A DNA stretch of 64,000 nt from an uncultured Candidatus Rokubacteria bacterium (GTDB taxonomy: Bacteria > Methylomirabilota > Methylomirabilia > Rokubacteriales > DASRDR01), in contig CAVPSB010000049.1 in assembly GCA_963708025.1 (NCBI GenBank), positions 64,001 through 128,000 of the forward strand. The letters are read 5' to 3'. The stretch's first letter is position 1; each line of letters begins with the position of its first letter. The translations under genes and the position numbers were made by a program. The notes beneath the pieces were generated by a model that was not told where the DNA came from, made no database searches, and saw only the letters and a program-made list of their open reading frames with translations. Shown piece after piece: positions 62,709-64,000 of this stretch.

Positions 62709-62883
62709 GCCGAGGATCAAGCGCGCGCTCAAGTGGATCCTCGACCGGCAGGTGGACGAGCCCACGGCGAAGCGTTCCGAGCTGATCGAGCGGGCCTCGC
62801 GGGAGTTCGATCTGACGCCCGTCGAGGTGGACTTCCTCTACCGGCAGCTCACCGACGTCGAGAAGAAGGGCGGAGGCGCATGA
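62695..62883 (+). CDS. Small hypothetical protein
   Basis: IKRALKWI...LIERAS.EFDLTP.E.DFL helical pattern; overlaps HAD stop. Confidence 0.7.
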   Translation: MGLGEPRIKRALKWILDRQVDEPTAKRSELIERASREFDLTPVEVDFLYRQLTDVEKKGGGA

Positions 62884-62975
62884 AGCTGATCCGGAGCCGG
62901 ACCATCGTGGAGGGGGCGCCCTGCTGTAACTTCCGCTACCGGATGGAGCCCGACCCCGCGTAGTCGGCTCCCCTC

Positions 62976-63176
62976 TCAGGCCGGCTTCCGGTAGCGCTCC
63001 TTGAATGCCTTCGGGGCGATGGCGATCCGCTTTCCCGACACGTCGTCCAGGATGTAGACCTCGTCGGTCAAGGAGCCGCTGGCAAAGACCTCGAAGACCT
63101 CGAGGGCCTCCTCGAGGGAGACTCCGGACCCCCGGGCCGCCATCAGGGCCTCAACCTCTCCGAGCGGCAGTCGCAT
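62976..63176 (-). CDS. Small hypothetical protein (66 aa)
   Basis: GGAGG SD before ATG; MRLPLGEVE...EVFEVFASGSLTDEVYILDDVSGKRIAIAP. Confidence 0.65.
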   Translation of the reverse strand: MRLPLGEVEALMAARGSGVSLEEALEVFEVFASGSLTDEVYILDDVSGKRIAIAPKAFKERYRKPA

Positions 63177-63178
63177 GG

Positions 63179-64000
63179 TCAGATCCTCCCGGGCGCCGGC
63201 GGTGAAGCTCGCCGCCGCGGCAGGAGCGCCACCGCGAGCGAGGCCAGCGCCACCACGGCGAGCGTGGCCGCGACGTTCGGAGTGTAGAGATACGGCCGCA
63301 GCCGGGCGGCGGCGGCGTTCCGCACGAAGACGCTCGCCGGGGCCAGCTCGATCCGGAGCCCGCCCGGCGCCGCGGCCGGACCGGCCGGCCGCCACACCTC
63401 CCGGCCCTCCTCGACCACGACGACGCCGGGCCGGCTCGCGTAGTGAAAGGCCCCGGACGGCAGCGCCACGCCCTCCAGGCGTCCGGGGGCGGCCGGAAGG
63501 GCGAGGGTCACGCCCGGTCCTGCCGGCTCGTCGAGCGCCACGGTCGCGAGGAGCGTCACCGGTCGATCCCCGGCGGCGCCGACATCCAGTCGATGGAACG
63601 GGATGGGCCGGAGCGCCGGCCGGAGGGCGACCGGGCGGGCCGCCTGCGTCCGGCGGTCGTCGATCACGATCCGCATCGCGCCGCCGTCGCCCATGACGAT
63701 CTCGGACCCACCCCCCGTCCCCTGGGATCCTGCCGCATCCGCCGTGTAGATCAGTGTCTGCGCCACGCCCGCCTCGGTGGCGACCCGCCGGAGGGCCGCG
63801 ACGTCGAGCCGGACCAGACGCAGGGGGCGAGTCGCCTCGATCTCGAAGCGTCGCTCGGCGATCACATGCCCGCGTTCCTCGTCGTAGGTCAGCCGGGCGG
63901 TCCCGCTCACCGCGATCGTGGCGCCGGTGACCGCGCGGACCGCGACGACCAGCGCCGCCTCCGCCCGCCCGAGGTCCTCCCGCACCGCGTGCAGCGATAC
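63179..64000 (-). CDS. Hypothetical membrane-anchored protein, 5' end outside window
   Basis: Long open frame with C-terminal hydrophobic helix followed by basic residues. Confidence 0.55.
   Translation of the reverse strand, partial: VSLHAVREDLGRAEAALVVAVRAVTGATIAVSGTARLTYDEERGHVIAERRFEIEATRPLRLVRLDVAALRRVATEAGVAQTLIYTADAAGSQGTGGGSEIVMGDGGAMRIVIDDRRTQAARPVALRPALRPIPFHRLDVGAAGDRPVTLLATVALDEPAGPGVTLALPAAPGRLEGVALPSGAFHYASRPGVVVVEEGREVWRPAGPAAAPGGLRIELAPASVFVRNAAAARLRPYLYTPNVAATLAVVALASLAVALLPRRRASPPAPGRI

Overview
Very GC-rich bacterial chromosomal segment with almost all genes on the minus strand. Gene content and repeat style suggest Methylomirabilota/Rokubacteria-like; this is an inference, not a database result. 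(1) 1-17.9 kb is a compact methylotrophy module. An AcoR-type sigma-54 activator and a perfect -24/-12 promoter precede a hidden 26-aa PqqA-like peptide, lanthanide-type xoxF, xoxJ and a cytochrome c. These are followed by fae, fwdD-fwdB-fwdA, ftr, DUF447, mptG, fwdC, mch, a RimK-like ligase, a citG-like gene, a PTPS and a FolK-MptA fusion. FwdB keeps the Fe-S and Mo/W-ligand residues and has a FwdD partner, so it looks like a true formylmethanofuran dehydrogenase rather than the redox-dead Fhc. (2) 18-29.5 kb holds hemB, a HemC-CobA-like-HemD triple fusion, ttcA and a Tat-exported Cys-type formate dehydrogenase operon with an NrfD-type anchor. (3) 30-36.4 kb holds corA, an acyl-CoA ligase and a peptide-type ABC transporter. 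(4) 36.5-49.3 kb holds truA, an asd remnant, leuBA, pssA/psd, ilvC-ilvN-ilvB, a HOGA/DapA-like aldolase and ppdK. (5) 49.6-58.2 kb is an oxalate-oxidoreductase-like (YPIRP) three-subunit 2-oxoacid:ferredoxin oxidoreductase operon with a tripartite tricarboxylate transporter, TerC and a FadR regulator. Its promoter shares a TGGTC(A/T)GACC operator-like site with the formate dehydrogenase promoter. (6) The right end holds a PPOX/F420-type protein, a Cys/Met PLP enzyme, MocR, a HAD hydrolase and small hypotheticals. Several short interspersed repeat/MITE families occur. About ten single-base frameshifts in unrelated genes are most likely sequencing indels. No rRNA, tRNA, CRISPR or transposase was recognised.
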